Shown here in pieces: positions 50,032-60,910 of a stretch of 64,000 nt of DNA. Each line of letters opens with the position of its first letter. The stretch's first letter is position 1. The notes below the pieces were generated by a model. That model was not told the origin of the DNA and made no database searches. It saw only the letters and a list, made by a program, of their open reading frames with translations. Made by a program: the position numbers and the translations under genes. Source of the stretch: Bacteroidota bacterium (lineage in GTDB: Bacteria > Bacteroidota > Bacteroidia > AKYH767-A > OLB10); the NCBI GenBank assembly GCA_018268195.1, contig JAFDWZ010000028.1:18974-82973 (forward strand), in the 5' to 3' direction.

Positions 50032-50227
50032 TTATTTGTTGATTACTTTACTTAAGTGTTTAAAAGTTTCTGCAAAAAAGGCCGGGTATTTAAGAAATCA
50101 GCAAACAGATGCTGTTTTGAAGTACACTTCTATCCTTGCGCTTATACTTTTTGATAAAATGGCTGTTGTTTTTTTCTACCGGGTCACACAGTCATGGTTT
50201 AACATCAAAACCTGAAAGCAAAAGACA

Positions 50228-50896
50228 TTAAAATGCTTCTCTTACAATAAACTCTTTGGCAATTCCCAGAGTTGTCAAATGTTTTTCTATTGCTTCCATC
50301 ATTGGTGGCGGACCACAGAGATAGAAATATTTTTGCTCTGCACCTTGATGTTTTTTAAGAAGCTCAGCGGTAATAAATCCATGCTCATAACCTTCCAGTT
50401 TTTCGTCCGACAAAACATTGATAAAATTTTTTCCTAAAAGTTTGCTGAATTTTTCTTCCAGTATAATGTCAGATTTTGTTTTATTGGCAAAAATGAGTTT
50501 GCTGCCACCTACCTGATTATTTTTTTCAAGATGTTTAAGAATGGCAATAAAAGGCGTAACTCCTGCACCACCGGCAATAAAAATACCTTCTCCTTTGTAA
50601 TGAATATCACCGAATACGTCACCCACAATCAGTTCATCGCCTGCATGTAGCTGCAGCAATTGATTGGTAACACCATGATGCGAAGGATAGGTTTTAATGG
50701 AAAACTCAATGAAGTTGTCTTCCGGAAGCGATGTAAATGTGAAAGCTCTTAATTCTTTCTCCCATCCGGGTTTGTTGATGGAAATATCAGCCGCTTGACC
50801 GGGTAGGTAGCTAAGGTTGGCGGGTTTTTCTGCTGCTATGCGCAGCACATCATGGGTAAGATGTTCTATGGATTTTATTTTTACGATATGTCCCAT
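50228..50896 (-). CDS. FAD/NAD(P)-binding oxidoreductase of the ferredoxin-NADP reductase fold
   Basis: FAD-binding RAFTFTS (R-x-Y/F-S/T) and NAD-binding GGAGVTP. Last gene of an apparent sigma-folE operon. Confidence 0.6.
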   Translation of the reverse strand: MGHIVKIKSIEHLTHDVLRIAAEKPANLSYLPGQAADISINKPGWEKELRAFTFTSLPEDNFIEFSIKTYPSHHGVTNQLLQLHAGDELIVGDVFGDIHYKGEGIFIAGGAGVTPFIAILKHLEKNNQVGGSKLIFANKTKSDIILEEKFSKLLGKNFINVLSDEKLEGYEHGFITAELLKKHQGAEQKYFYLCGPPPMMEAIEKHLTTLGIAKEFIVREAF

Positions 50897-50902
50897 GTTT
50901 GA

Positions 50903-51550
50903 TTATTTATAGTTGATGTAAGATAAAAATTCCTGCTTGATTTCATTGCTTTCAAACTTACCTGAAAAACTGCTGGTGAGCGTTCTGCTGTTGGTGTCTT
51001 TGATTCCGCGTGATGCAACACAACAATGGTCGGCATCTACATAAACAGCCACATCATCATGACCTAAAACATCCTTCAACGCTTCTGCAATTTGATTGGT
51101 TAAACGTTCCTGCACCTGAGGTCTTTGAGCGTAATACTGCACCAGCCTGTTAATTTTCGACAGACCAATTACTTTTTGGTCAGGAATGTAAGCAACATGC
51201 ACTTTTCCTATGATTGGAACAAAATGATGTTCACAATTTGAATACAGTGTTATGTCTTTTTCTACGAGCATTCGTTTGTAAGTGTACTTGTTTTCAAACA
51301 AACTAATCTGAGGTTTGTTTTCAGGATTCAATCCGCTGAAAATTTCTTTTACATACATTTTAGCAACACGTTCAGGAGTTCCTTTCAGGCTGTCATCTGT
51401 GAGGTCAAGCCCAAGGGTGTCCATGATTTCTGCAAAGTGATATTTTATTCTGTTGATTTTTTCTTCATCGCTAAGCTGAAATAATTTTTCAGCTCCCACA
51501 AACTCCGTGTCGGTAGCATTGCTGTCTATTGTTAATGTTTCTTTTTTCAT
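50903..51550 (-). CDS. folE: GTP cyclohydrolase I
   Basis: CEHHFVPIIGKVHVAYIP active-site region. About 215 aa. Confidence 0.85.
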   Translation of the reverse strand: MKKETLTIDSNATDTEFVGAEKLFQLSDEEKINRIKYHFAEIMDTLGLDLTDDSLKGTPERVAKMYVKEIFSGLNPENKPQISLFENKYTYKRMLVEKDITLYSNCEHHFVPIIGKVHVAYIPDQKVIGLSKINRLVQYYAQRPQVQERLTNQIAEALKDVLGHDDVAVYVDADHCCVASRGIKDTNSRTLTSSFSGKFESNEIKQEFLSYINYK

Positions 51551-52197
51551 TACAGTTCATTTATTTTATTCATTACTCTGTCCACCATGGCATCGCAATA
51601 AATGAGGTTAAATTCAAATATTTCTTCCGGTGAGTAGGTTTTCTCAATCTGTTTTCTCAGCATTGCTTTAGCACGATTCAGTCTTACTTTTACATTGCTT
51701 TCGCTGATGTTTAATGTCTCTGCTGTTTCAGCCACATTCATCCCGTTGATATTGCGTAAGGTAAAAACCATCCTATAATCAAGCGGCATTTTAGCTAATG
51801 CCGACTCAATTACGCGCCCCAGCTCACGGTTCTGATATGTTTTTTCCGTATCAATATTTTTATTGGTGAATACCGGTTGTGAATGATCAGATGTTTCTCC
51901 CATAATTTCATTTTTAAAGCTTGATTTTTCTTTCTTTCGATAGCAATTGTTCAACATAATACGCACAATCCATGTTTTGAAATCAGACCGGCCTTCAAAC
52001 TGAGCCAAATTTTTGTAAGCATCAATGTAGGTGTCTTGCATCAAATCTTGTGTGTCATCATGATTGTAATTGTATGATCTTCCTGTTTTATATAGGTAAG
52101 GGTTGTATCTCCTGACAATAATTTCATAAAGGGATTTCTCGCCTTGTAATATGCGGTTAATAATTTCATTTACGGATAATTTATCAGTACGCTCCAT
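51550..52197 (-). CDS. ECF-type RNA polymerase sigma-70 family factor with a short C-terminal extension
   Basis: Region 2 (DLMQDTYIDAYKNLAQFEGRSDFKTWIVRIMLNNCYRK) and region 4 HTH (MNVAETAETLNISESNVKVRLNRAK), plus about 35 extra C-terminal residues. Its stop overlaps the folE start. Confidence 0.75.
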   Translation of the reverse strand: MERTDKLSVNEIINRILQGEKSLYEIIVRRYNPYLYKTGRSYNYNHDDTQDLMQDTYIDAYKNLAQFEGRSDFKTWIVRIMLNNCYRKKEKSSFKNEIMGETSDHSQPVFTNKNIDTEKTYQNRELGRVIESALAKMPLDYRMVFTLRNINGMNVAETAETLNISESNVKVRLNRAKAMLRKQIEKTYSPEEIFEFNLIYCDAMVDRVMNKINEL

Positions 52198-52203
52198 ACC
52201 TTA

Positions 52204-52593
52204 TTAATTTTGATTTACAATTTTAGCCAATTGTGCCATTGCAAATGCTGAAATAGCCATAACCACATCACGCACTGCAACATCCATATAATTCAGGTAA
52301 GTAATTAAGCTGATGGCAATGAGCATGAGCCAGGCTGCCACAATGTTTCCTCCAATTTCAGGCTTCTTCAACACCATTATCCCTGCTCCAATTTCAATCA
52401 CACCTACAATCATCATAAAAGTACTTTCCGGAAAAGGTAGTAAGCCTGCAATAACGGGGTTGAGATATTGTTCCCAGTTAGTAAGAAGATTTGAAAACTT
52501 ATCAAGCCCTGCAGCAATGGGTAGAATAACGAATGTGTATTTCAATAAATTGAATGCCTGATTCAATATTTTATTTTTTTCTGCTGTTTCCAT
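52204..52593 (-). CDS. Small polytopic membrane protein (DoxX-like?)
   Basis: 129 aa with four predicted TM helices, directly upstream of the ECF sigma gene. Confidence 0.4.
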   Translation of the reverse strand: METAEKNKILNQAFNLLKYTFVILPIAAGLDKFSNLLTNWEQYLNPVIAGLLPFPESTFMMIVGVIEIGAGIMVLKKPEIGGNIVAAWLMLIAISLITYLNYMDVAVRDVVMAISAFAMAQLAKIVNQN

Positions 52594-52927
52594 TTTACTT
52601 TTTTTTAACCTTGTTTAAACATTAGAGACTATGAGATTTAAAAAGGTTACAAATAATTGCAGCTATTTGTTTTTTTGTTTCAGCTGAAAAAAAATCATTA
52701 GGCCGAAAATTCGGTTTCCGTTACGAAAATAAGAATGTGGAGGTTGATACTTTGTGTTTGTTAATCAGCCAGTAAGAAATTTCAATACTGCTTAAGATCA
52801 GGTCAACAGCCGAAAAATGCAGAGCTATACTCCGTGAAATAAATAAGGAGTAATTGTGAAAAGTAGCGAAAACGTTTTTAATGAATACTTCCGGTTTACA
52901 ATAATATGGAGGGATTGATAGAAGTCA

Positions 52928-54199
52928 TCAGAGATTTATTTTTTCGAGGGCCTGATTGAGGTCGAAAATAATATCCTCGTAATTTTCTACTCCTGTGGAA
53001 AGCCTTATCATTTTTTCGGTGATGGAAAGTTCTTTTCTCAGAGCAGCATCCACATCCACGTGAGTCATGGTTGCAGGATGTTCAGCCAAACTTTCGGTGC
53101 TTCCGAGACTTACAGCAAGTTTTATAAGTTGAAGTGAATTTAAAAAACGAAAGGCTTCTTTTTCGCCACCTTTTATATCGAAAGAAATCATTGCACCGTT
53201 GGTCAGACACTGTTTGTTTTTAATGGCAAACTGCTCACCGTCTTTTTCAGTCAGGTTGCCCGGGAAATATACTTTCTCAACATTTCTGTGCCCACTTAAA
53301 AACGCAGCAATTTTATTGGCATTAAATGCCTGTGTATCCATTCTTACTTTTAAGGTTTCAAGGCTTCTGAGTAACAACCAGCCTGTGTTTGGGCCTGCCA
53401 TATTTCCGAGGAAGGTGCGAAGTCCTTTAACACGTTTAATAAGTACTTTCGAGCCTAAACACGCTCCTGCAATTACATCGCTGTGGCCTCCTATATATTT
53501 TGTGGCTGAGTATAAAACCAAATCAGCTCCATGCTTTAATGGATGCTGCCATAAAGGTCCCATATAAGTATTATCTACTGCCAGATAAACTTCGTTTTTA
53601 TTGCTCGAAGAAAAATATTCAGCAATTTCTTTACTGCAACTTATATCTATCAGGTCATTCGTTGGGTTAGCAGGAGTTTCAATGTAAATAAGGGCCAGAT
53701 TGGCTGCATGCCCTGATGCTTCCACAATTTTTATCACATCATCCTTGCATTGCCCTACTTTGAACTCGGCTACATGAATGCCAAATTTTGGTAGTATTTT
53801 TTTAATAAAATGATCGCTGCCTCCATAGAGTGGGCTGCTGATGAGTAATAAATCACCTGGTTTTAAAAACTCAAGCAGAACGGTAGTAATGGCCGACATT
53901 CCACTCTCAAAAACAGCACAATCTTCTGCACCATCCCAAAGAGTCAGTCGGTTTTCTAAAATTTCAAGCACCGGATTATTTATTCGGCTGTAAATTAAAC
54001 CCAACTCTTCGCCTTCATGCGGATTACGTAATCCATAGGCTACTTCAAAAAACGATTTACCCTCTTCGGCATTTTTAAATACAAAGGTGGAAGTTTGAAA
54101 TATGGGACATTTAACTGCTCCTTCTGACAGCTCAGGTTTGTACCCATAGGACATCATCAGGCTCTCAGGTTTCATTTTTTTTGCTGTTTCAGAATCCAT
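52928..54199 (-). CDS. Cys/Met-metabolism PLP-dependent enzyme (cystathionine gamma-synthase / beta-lyase / methionine gamma-lyase family)
   Basis: PLP-lysine motif YSATKYIGGHSDVIAG and a type-I aminotransferase fold. Confidence 0.75.
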   Translation of the reverse strand: MDSETAKKMKPESLMMSYGYKPELSEGAVKCPIFQTSTFVFKNAEEGKSFFEVAYGLRNPHEGEELGLIYSRINNPVLEILENRLTLWDGAEDCAVFESGMSAITTVLLEFLKPGDLLLISSPLYGGSDHFIKKILPKFGIHVAEFKVGQCKDDVIKIVEASGHAANLALIYIETPANPTNDLIDISCSKEIAEYFSSSNKNEVYLAVDNTYMGPLWQHPLKHGADLVLYSATKYIGGHSDVIAGACLGSKVLIKRVKGLRTFLGNMAGPNTGWLLLRSLETLKVRMDTQAFNANKIAAFLSGHRNVEKVYFPGNLTEKDGEQFAIKNKQCLTNGAMISFDIKGGEKEAFRFLNSLQLIKLAVSLGSTESLAEHPATMTHVDVDAALRKELSITEKMIRLSTGVENYEDIIFDLNQALEKINL

Positions 54200-54399
54200 A
54201 GTTTTTTTAATTTATCCATTAAAAATATTCTACAAATCTAAGCAAACAAAATTGTAACGGCTGCTGATCATACCTTGAAAGATATATTAAACAGTTGAAA
54301 ATTTTACTCCTATATGTTGTTCCGTTTTTTCTCGGAACAGACTTTGTGATTAATTACACACCATTGATTATCTTTGTAAGCTAATCTGAATATACGTTT

Positions 54400-55425
54400 A
54401 TGTACACTCCTCAAAGAGTTATTACCTTAGGACAGTTCATCATCGAACGTCAGTCCGATTTTCCTTATGCCAAAGGCGAACTTTCACGGTTATTGCGCGA
54501 TATAGGGATTGCTGCAAAAATTGTTAACCGCGAAGTAAATAAAGCCGGTCTTGTGGATATTCTTGGCGATTTTGGAAGCACCAATGTGCAAGGTGAACAA
54601 GTAAAAAAACTGGATGTTTATGCCAACGAGCAATTTATTGCTGCATTAAGCAGCGGTGGCGAAACCTGTGCAGTTGCCAGCGAAGAAAACGAAGAGATGG
54701 TTCCCATCAATACTGAGGTATCAAAAAATGCAAAGTATGTAGTTGCCATTGACCCACTGGATGGTTCTTCAAATATTGACGTAAACGTTTCGATAGGAAC
54801 TATTTTTTCCATTTACAGACGCACTACACTTTCCGGAGCGAGCAACCTGAGCGATTTTATGCAGAAAGGTACTGAACAGGTGGCAGCAGGATATGTGATT
54901 TATGGCTCGTCAACCATGATGGTTTATACCACTGGCAAAGGAGTTAATGGTTTCACACTGGACCCTTCCATTGGAGAGTTTTGTCTTTCACATCCCGACA
55001 TGAAAATACCCAAACAAGGTCAGGTTTATTCGATCAACGAGGGTAATTATGCTCATTTTCCTGAAGGTGTTAAGAAATACATCAAATTTTGTCAGGAAGA
55101 AGATGATAAAACAAAAAGACCATATTCCTCACGTTACATAGGTTCATTAGTTGCCGATTTTCACCGCAATCTTCTCAAAGGTGGAATTTATATTTACCCT
55201 GCTACAGCCAAGGCATCAAAAGGTAAACTCAGACTGATGTATGAGTGTAATCCATTGGCTTTTATAGTGGAGCAAGCAGGAGGGAAGGCCTCTGACGGTT
55301 TCAGCCGGATTATGGATATACAGCCATCATCTTTGCATCAGCGAACACCATTGTTTATCGGTTCATCCGATATGGTATCAAAGGCAGAAGAAATGATGAT
55401 GCGTTATTCTCAGATGAGCAGCTGA
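54400..55425 (+). CDS. fbp: Fructose-1,6-bisphosphatase class 1
   Basis: Metal-binding motifs [10 protein letters not shown] and GE..C..ASEE, plus the C-terminal GG.YIYP. Confidence 0.9.
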   Translation: MYTPQRVITLGQFIIERQSDFPYAKGELSRLLRDIGIAAKIVNREVNKAGLVDILGDFGSTNVQGEQVKKLDVYANEQFIAALSSGGETCAVASEENEEMVPINTEVSKNAKYVVAIDPLDGSSNIDVNVSIGTIFSIYRRTTLSGASNLSDFMQKGTEQVAAGYVIYGSSTMMVYTTGKGVNGFTLDPSIGEFCLSHPDMKIPKQGQVYSINEGNYAHFPEGVKKYIKFCQEEDDKTKRPYSSRYIGSLVADFHRNLLKGGIYIYPATAKASKGKLRLMYECNPLAFIVEQAGGKASDGFSRIMDIQPSSLHQRTPLFIGSSDMVSKAEEMMMRYSQMSS

Positions 55426-55477
55426 TTTTTATAGTCTGTTTTATCTATTTTTGTTTTGATATTTATAAAAACCAGAT

Positions 55478-56458
55478 ATGCGGGAGATACAATTTCGTGA
55501 AGCATTGCGCGAAGCCATAAGCGAAGAAATGCGTAGAGATGAGTTAGTATTTTTGATGGGCGAAGAAGTGGCGGAATATAATGGCGCTTACAAAGTGTCG
55601 CAGGGAATGTTGGACGAGTTTGGTGCCAAACGTGTGATTGATACACCAATTGCTGAATTAGGGTTTGCAGGAATAGGTGTAGGTGCAGCCATGAATGGCC
55701 TCAGACCAATTATTGAGTTTATGACATTTAATTTTTCGTTGGTGGCCATTGATCAGGTTATCAATTCAGCAGCTAAAATAAAAAGTATGAGTGGCGGCCA
55801 ATATCATGTGCCTATTGTATTTCGCGGGCCTACTGCGTCAGCAGGAATGCTAAGTTCGCAACACTCACAGGCTTTTGAAAGTTGGTATGCCAATTGCCCC
55901 GGGCTGAAAGTGATAGTTCCGTCAAATCCTAAAGATGCCAAAGGGCTGCTCAAATCGGCAATACGTGATAATGACCCGGTGATTTTTATGGAGAGTGAAC
56001 AAATGTATGGCGATAAAGGCGAAGTTCCTGAGGGAGAATATCTCATGCCTATAGGTGTGGCCGATATAAAACGCACAGGAAAAGATGTGACTATAGTATC
56101 CTTCGGGAAAATAATGAAGGCAGTATATGCAGCCGCTGAAGAATTAGCAAAAGAAAATATTGATGCCGAAATTATTGATTTACGTACCGTGCGTCCTATT
56201 GATTATGCTACCGTAATTGAATCGGTAAAGAAAACCAACAGAATGGTTTTTGTTGAAGAGTCGTGGCCTCTGGCAAACATAGCAACTGAAGTAGCATTTA
56301 AAGTGCAGCGCGAAGCTTTTGATTATCTCGATGCACCTGTGTTGCGTGTTACAGGAGGCGATGTGCCGTTGCCTTATGCGCCCACACTTATTGACGCTTA
56401 TCTGCCCAACCCTTCGCGAATTATCAAGGCCGTGAAAAAAGTGATGTACCTCGATTAG
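55478..56458 (+). CDS. pdhB: Pyruvate (2-oxoacid) dehydrogenase E1 component beta subunit
   Basis: Transketolase-like pyrimidine-binding and C-terminal domains ([16 protein letters not shown]...[14 protein letters not shown]). 326 aa. Confidence 0.85.
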   Translation: MREIQFREALREAISEEMRRDELVFLMGEEVAEYNGAYKVSQGMLDEFGAKRVIDTPIAELGFAGIGVGAAMNGLRPIIEFMTFNFSLVAIDQVINSAAKIKSMSGGQYHVPIVFRGPTASAGMLSSQHSQAFESWYANCPGLKVIVPSNPKDAKGLLKSAIRDNDPVIFMESEQMYGDKGEVPEGEYLMPIGVADIKRTGKDVTIVSFGKIMKAVYAAAEELAKENIDAEIIDLRTVRPIDYATVIESVKKTNRMVFVEESWPLANIATEVAFKVQREAFDYLDAPVLRVTGGDVPLPYAPTLIDAYLPNPSRIIKAVKKVMYLD

Positions 56459-56515
56459 AAGGTGCAATAACAATAAGGTAAAATTTTTGCGTACCGATTA
56501 TCCGGTTAGCAATTC

Positions 56516-58099
56516 TTATTTAACAGCTATTTTATTTTTATCAAATGTGTTGTCCTTAATGGATTCCACTGCTTTTTTGAAAGTGTTATCTTCATTGTTG
56601 ATAATATAAAAATAAGCACTCATGTCATAAAGATCACGAGCAATAAGCGCTTTAAGCTGTGCTTTTATCAATTCTTTCGAGCGTTTAAGAGCTTCTTCGT
56701 CTTTGGCTACACCTTTTTTATCCGCAAAGGCATAAAATTCCTCCAACCATGCATCGTCCACATTAAAGCCTTTGTTAAAAGAAACCACATCAGCATAAGC
56801 AGATTTTAGTTTAGCGCGATTATTATCAGCATAAGTAAGTGAGAAATCACTCATCACTGCTTTACGTATCAAATCTGAATAATACTTAGTACTAAAAGTA
56901 GTATCCAAAGGAACAAACACATCAGGCATGATACCTCCGCCACCATAAACAATTCTTTTTCCGTTGGTAAAATATTTCAGTGAGTCATTAAACTTAATAC
57001 TGTCTGCATGATACAGCTCTCCATGTTTGAAACGATTGCTGATATCATCACTGTATTGTTCATCGCCTTCCTGATACGATTTTTGAATACATCTTCCGGA
57101 GGGAGTGTAGTAACGTGCTACGGTCAGCCTCACAGCACTGCCGTCAGGAAAGGTATATGGTTTCTGTACCAAACCTTTACCGAAAGATCTTCTGCCAACA
57201 ACCAAGCCTCTGTCCCAGTCCTGAATGGCTCCTGTAACAATTTCACTTGCTGATGCAGAATATTCATTAATCATCACTACCAGTTTTCCTTTTTCCCATC
57301 CACCGGTGGCGGTAGAGTAATAATCTTCACGAGGCTGTGAGCGACCTTGTGTATAAACTATAAGTTTGCCGTCACTGAGAAATTCATCTGCGAGTTGATG
57401 TGCACGGTTCAGATATCCACCTCCGTTATTGGTTAAGTCAAGAATCAGACTTTTAATTCCTTGCTTTTTTAATTTGGCAAGAGCTTCTTTAAATTCATCT
57501 ACTGTACTATCAGCAAAGCGACTTATTTTGATGTAACCTATATCCGGTTCAATTTTATAAGAAGCATCAATGCTGAAGAGTGGAATTTTGTCGCGCGTAA
57601 TATCAAAAGCAAGAAGTTCCGGTTCGCCTCTGCGATAAATGTCAACTTTCACCTTGGTACCTTTGTCGCCACGCAGTTTGCTAATAACATCTTTATTCGT
57701 GATTTTCACTCCGGCCACTTTGTTTCCGTCAATATTTACGATGCGGTCACCGGGTCTGATGCCTAATTTCTCTGACGGTCCTCCTGCTATAGTCTGAGTT
57801 ACCATAATGGTGTCGTCAAGTATGTTGAACTGTATGCCCACACCTTCAAATTTCCCTACTAAAGGTTCATTCATTTCCTTCAATTCATTTGCGGGAATAT
57901 ACATTGAATGCGGATCACAGTCTTTCAGAATAGCGCGAATGCCATCATCTACCAATTTACTTTTATTTACCGTGTCCACATAGTAATAGTCTATCATCTG
58001 CATCAGCCCGCCAAGTTTTTGTATCTCCATGTTTTGCGCATAAATGCTGTTGCCGATCACAGTAAGCAGTAGCAGTAGCAATATCAGTGTTTTTTTCAT
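56516..58099 (-). CDS. ctpA: S41 family C-terminal processing peptidase with a PDZ domain
   Basis: Signal peptide, PDZ domain (GIRPGDRIVNIDGNKVAG) and the S41 catalytic region with Ser in YSASASEIVTGA and a downstream Lys. Confidence 0.85.
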   Translation of the reverse strand: MKKTLILLLLLLTVIGNSIYAQNMEIQKLGGLMQMIDYYYVDTVNKSKLVDDGIRAILKDCDPHSMYIPANELKEMNEPLVGKFEGVGIQFNILDDTIMVTQTIAGGPSEKLGIRPGDRIVNIDGNKVAGVKITNKDVISKLRGDKGTKVKVDIYRRGEPELLAFDITRDKIPLFSIDASYKIEPDIGYIKISRFADSTVDEFKEALAKLKKQGIKSLILDLTNNGGGYLNRAHQLADEFLSDGKLIVYTQGRSQPREDYYSTATGGWEKGKLVVMINEYSASASEIVTGAIQDWDRGLVVGRRSFGKGLVQKPYTFPDGSAVRLTVARYYTPSGRCIQKSYQEGDEQYSDDISNRFKHGELYHADSIKFNDSLKYFTNGKRIVYGGGGIMPDVFVPLDTTFSTKYYSDLIRKAVMSDFSLTYADNNRAKLKSAYADVVSFNKGFNVDDAWLEEFYAFADKKGVAKDEEALKRSKELIKAQLKALIARDLYDMSAYFYIINNEDNTFKKAVESIKDNTFDKNKIAVK

Positions 58100-58324
58100 C
58101 TAACCGAATTTTTATTCAATATTTCAGACTCGTTAATCTTTTCAAATTAAAAGCTTTTAAACAACCTTTACAATGGTGAAATGGCCTGTTTAACAAAGAT
58201 TAACTAATTCCTCACCAAAGAAATACAACTGATTTGTTGGCATTTTTCTTCTGAGGAATATTTATGAGTAACAAAATGTTGATAGGTTTGTTGCTTTGTA
58301 AACGTTAATTAGGATAAATAAACA

Positions 58325-58876
58325 ATGAAAATATACACTAAAACAGGCGATCAGGGAAAAACTTCTCTTATAGGAGGCACTCGTGTTGAGAAGCATCATA
58401 TACGCATAGAAGCGTATGGCACTGTGGACGAACTGAATTCTTACATTGGATTAATTGCCGATTTGGTTGAAGAAAAGGATCAATGCCTGAATATCCTTCG
58501 CGAAATTCAGGACAGGCTTTTTACAATTGGTTCATCACTGGCATCAGACCCGGAAAAATCAAGAATGAAAATTCCTGATTTGCACGACAGTGACATTGCT
58601 TTGCTTGAAAAAGAAATGGACAGAATGAATGAACAATTACCTATGCTGAAATCATTTGTTCTGGCAGGAGGCAATGCGGTAAATTCACATAGCCACATTG
58701 CGCGATGTGTGTGCCGAAGAGCCGAACGGCTTGCTACCGCTTTGCAACAGCAAGAATGGGTTGAACCTAAAGTGCTTATTTACCTCAATAGGCTGTCCGA
58801 TTACCTTTTTATGATTGCCCGTTATTCCAGTTTTGTCCGAAATACTCCAGAAATATCCTGGAAACCAAGGCTTTAG
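58325..58876 (+). CDS. PduO-type ATP:cob(I)alamin adenosyltransferase
   Basis: MKIYTKTGDQGKTSLIGGTRVEKHHIRIEAYGTVDELNSYIG is the canonical PduO-type N-terminus. Confidence 0.85.
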   Translation: MKIYTKTGDQGKTSLIGGTRVEKHHIRIEAYGTVDELNSYIGLIADLVEEKDQCLNILREIQDRLFTIGSSLASDPEKSRMKIPDLHDSDIALLEKEMDRMNEQLPMLKSFVLAGGNAVNSHSHIARCVCRRAERLATALQQQEWVEPKVLIYLNRLSDYLFMIARYSSFVRNTPEISWKPRL

Positions 58877-58993
58877 TTAGTTATTAACTATTAAAAAAAA
58901 GACTTGTTTTTTTAGTTTTTATTTACATATTTTTGCAGCCCTTAAAAAAAGGGATAGTATTTACGTAGAATAACTTAAATTATAGATTAGTAA

Positions 58994-59215
58994 ATGTATT
59001 GGACACTGGAATTAGCTTCGCATCTTGAAGACGCACCTTGGCCTGCTACCAAAGACGAATTAATTGATTATGCCATCCGTTCAGGAGCTCCTGTTGAGGT
59101 TGTTGAGAATTTGCAGGAACTGGAAGATGAAGGTGAGTCGTATGAAAGTATAGAAGAAATATGGCCTGATTATCCTACCAAGGACGATTTCTTTTTTAAC
59201 GAAGATGAGTATTAA
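58994..59215 (+). CDS. DUF2795-like small acidic protein
   Basis: 73 aa with an acidic C-terminus (WPATKDELIDYAIRSGAPVEVVENLQELEDEGESYESIEEIW). Confidence 0.5.
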   Translation: MYWTLELASHLEDAPWPATKDELIDYAIRSGAPVEVVENLQELEDEGESYESIEEIWPDYPTKDDFFFNEDEY

Positions 59216-59232
59216 GAATTTTTAACAGCAGA

Positions 59233-59276
59233 AAAAACAAGAGAGGCTGCACCATCAGGTGCAGCCTCTCTTGTTT
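59233..59276. terminator. Bidirectional hairpin terminator between the DUF2795 gene (+) and asnS (-)
   Basis: AAAAAACAAGAGAGGCTGCACCatcaGGTGCAGCCTCTCTTGTTTT is a perfect 20-bp inverted repeat with A/T runs on both sides. Confidence 0.8.
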
Positions 59277-59310
59277 TGAAATACCCTTTGGAAAAGTGTG
59301 CATTTTTGAA

Positions 59311-60717
59311 TTAAAATTCAGCATTCTTTGGAGTTCGCGGAAATGGAATTACATCACGAATATTATTCATGCCTGTTATAAACAATATGAGTCGTTCAAA
59401 TCCAAGTCCAAAACCTGCATGTGGGCAGGTTCCGAATTTGCGCGTTTCAAGATACCACCACATTTCTTTTTCAGGAATGTGCATTTCTTTCATTCGGCTG
59501 CTCAGCTTTTCAAAATTTTCCTCACGCTGCGAACCTCCTATAATTTCTCCTATCCATGGGAAAAGTACATCCATTGCACGTACCGTTTTTCCATCGTCAT
59601 TTTGCTTCATATAGAAAGCTTTAATTTGCTTTGGGTAATCGGTGAGTATGACAGGTCCTTTAAAATGTTCAACCAGGAAGTTTTCATGTTCTTTCTGAAG
59701 GTCTGTTCCCCATTCTACCTTATATTCAAATGAATCGTTCTTAGGCTTCAGCACTTCCACAGCATCGGTGTAGGAAATTCGTGTAAATGGTTTTTCGATT
59801 ACACTTCGCAAACGCGCAATCAGTTCCTTGTCGTACATGTTATTCAGGAATTCAATGTCGTCATAGCAGTTTTGCAATGCATAATTTATCAGATATTTAA
59901 GCATATCCTCAGCCAGATCCATATTGTCTTTTGCCTCATAGAAAGCCATTTCAGGTTCTATCATCCAAAACTCTGCAAGATGCCGTGGAGTATTGCTGTT
60001 TTCGGCACGGAAGGTAGGCCCGAAGGTGTAAATTTTTCCTAATGCAAGGGCGGCAAGTTCGCCTTCCAACTGACCTGAGACAGTGAGGTTTGTCTCTTTC
60101 CCGAAAAAATCTTCTTTAAAATTTATACTCCCATCTTCTGTATGTGGCAATTTGTTCAAATCAAGCGTTGTTACCCTGAACATTTCTCCTGCACCTTCGG
60201 CATCACTGCCCGTAATGATTGGGGTGTGTATGTAGTAAAATCCATTCTTATTGAAATAGTGATGGATGGCATAAGCCATTGCATGACGAATACGTAATAC
60301 TGCTCCAAAGGTGTTGGTACGCGGTCGCAGATGTGCTATTTCGCGTAAAAACTCCATGGTATGCCCTTTCTTTTGCAGGGGATAGGTTTCTACATCAGCA
60401 GTTCCGTACACTTGAATTTCTTTAGCTTGTATTTCTACTTTCTGTCCTTGTCCCTGCGATTCTACCAGAGTTCCTGTAACGGCAATACACGAACCTGTGG
60501 TAATGAGTTTCATGGTATCCTCGCTAAATGCGGATATTTCGGCAACAGCCTGTATGTTGTGAATAGTGCTTCCGTCATTTAATGCAATAAAGGATATGTT
60601 TTTATTTCCTCTTCTTGTGCGTACCCATCCTTTTGCAGTTACTTGCTGGCCGGAAGGGGAGGTGTTTAGGAGTTCTTTTACGGAGGTATGATTCATTATT
60701 GATAATAATTTGCGCAA
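59311..60717 (-). CDS. asnS: Asparagine-tRNA ligase
   Basis: Class II aaRS motifs ([21 protein letters not shown] and GSQRE) and an N-terminal OB anticodon-binding domain. Confidence 0.9.
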   Translation of the reverse strand: MRKLLSIMNHTSVKELLNTSPSGQQVTAKGWVRTRRGNKNISFIALNDGSTIHNIQAVAEISAFSEDTMKLITTGSCIAVTGTLVESQGQGQKVEIQAKEIQVYGTADVETYPLQKKGHTMEFLREIAHLRPRTNTFGAVLRIRHAMAYAIHHYFNKNGFYYIHTPIITGSDAEGAGEMFRVTTLDLNKLPHTEDGSINFKEDFFGKETNLTVSGQLEGELAALALGKIYTFGPTFRAENSNTPRHLAEFWMIEPEMAFYEAKDNMDLAEDMLKYLINYALQNCYDDIEFLNNMYDKELIARLRSVIEKPFTRISYTDAVEVLKPKNDSFEYKVEWGTDLQKEHENFLVEHFKGPVILTDYPKQIKAFYMKQNDDGKTVRAMDVLFPWIGEIIGGSQREENFEKLSSRMKEMHIPEKEMWWYLETRKFGTCPHAGFGLGFERLILFITGMNNIRDVIPFPRTPKNAEF

Positions 60718-60857
60718 AGGTATTACAATGCATAAAATGAAGCTTGAATTTTTTGTTTTAAGTGAGTATGATAAAGGTTAAAACAGTATAGTGACCTATC
60801 CATACAGCTTTGTACGTTTTCAATGGGCGTATTTTGCATGACTAACTGAAAAGGCCA

Positions 60858-60897
60858 AAAAAAAAGAGGCTGTCTATCAAAGACAGCCTCTTTTTTT
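60858..60897. terminator. Palindromic hairpin terminator downstream of susD (minus strand)
   Basis: AAAAAAAGAGGCTGTCtatcaaaGACAGCCTCTTTTTTT. Confidence 0.8.
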
Positions 60898-60910
60898 GAA
60901 GTGTTAAAGA

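Noticed and set aside
54200-54399. Possible SAM riboswitch upstream of the Cys/Met PLP enzyme gene
   Set aside because: The reverse complement of this leader lacks the SAM-I hallmark elements (kink-turn GA motifs, the GGnGGAGGGA / GCAACC segments). It is just an AT-rich divergent promoter region.
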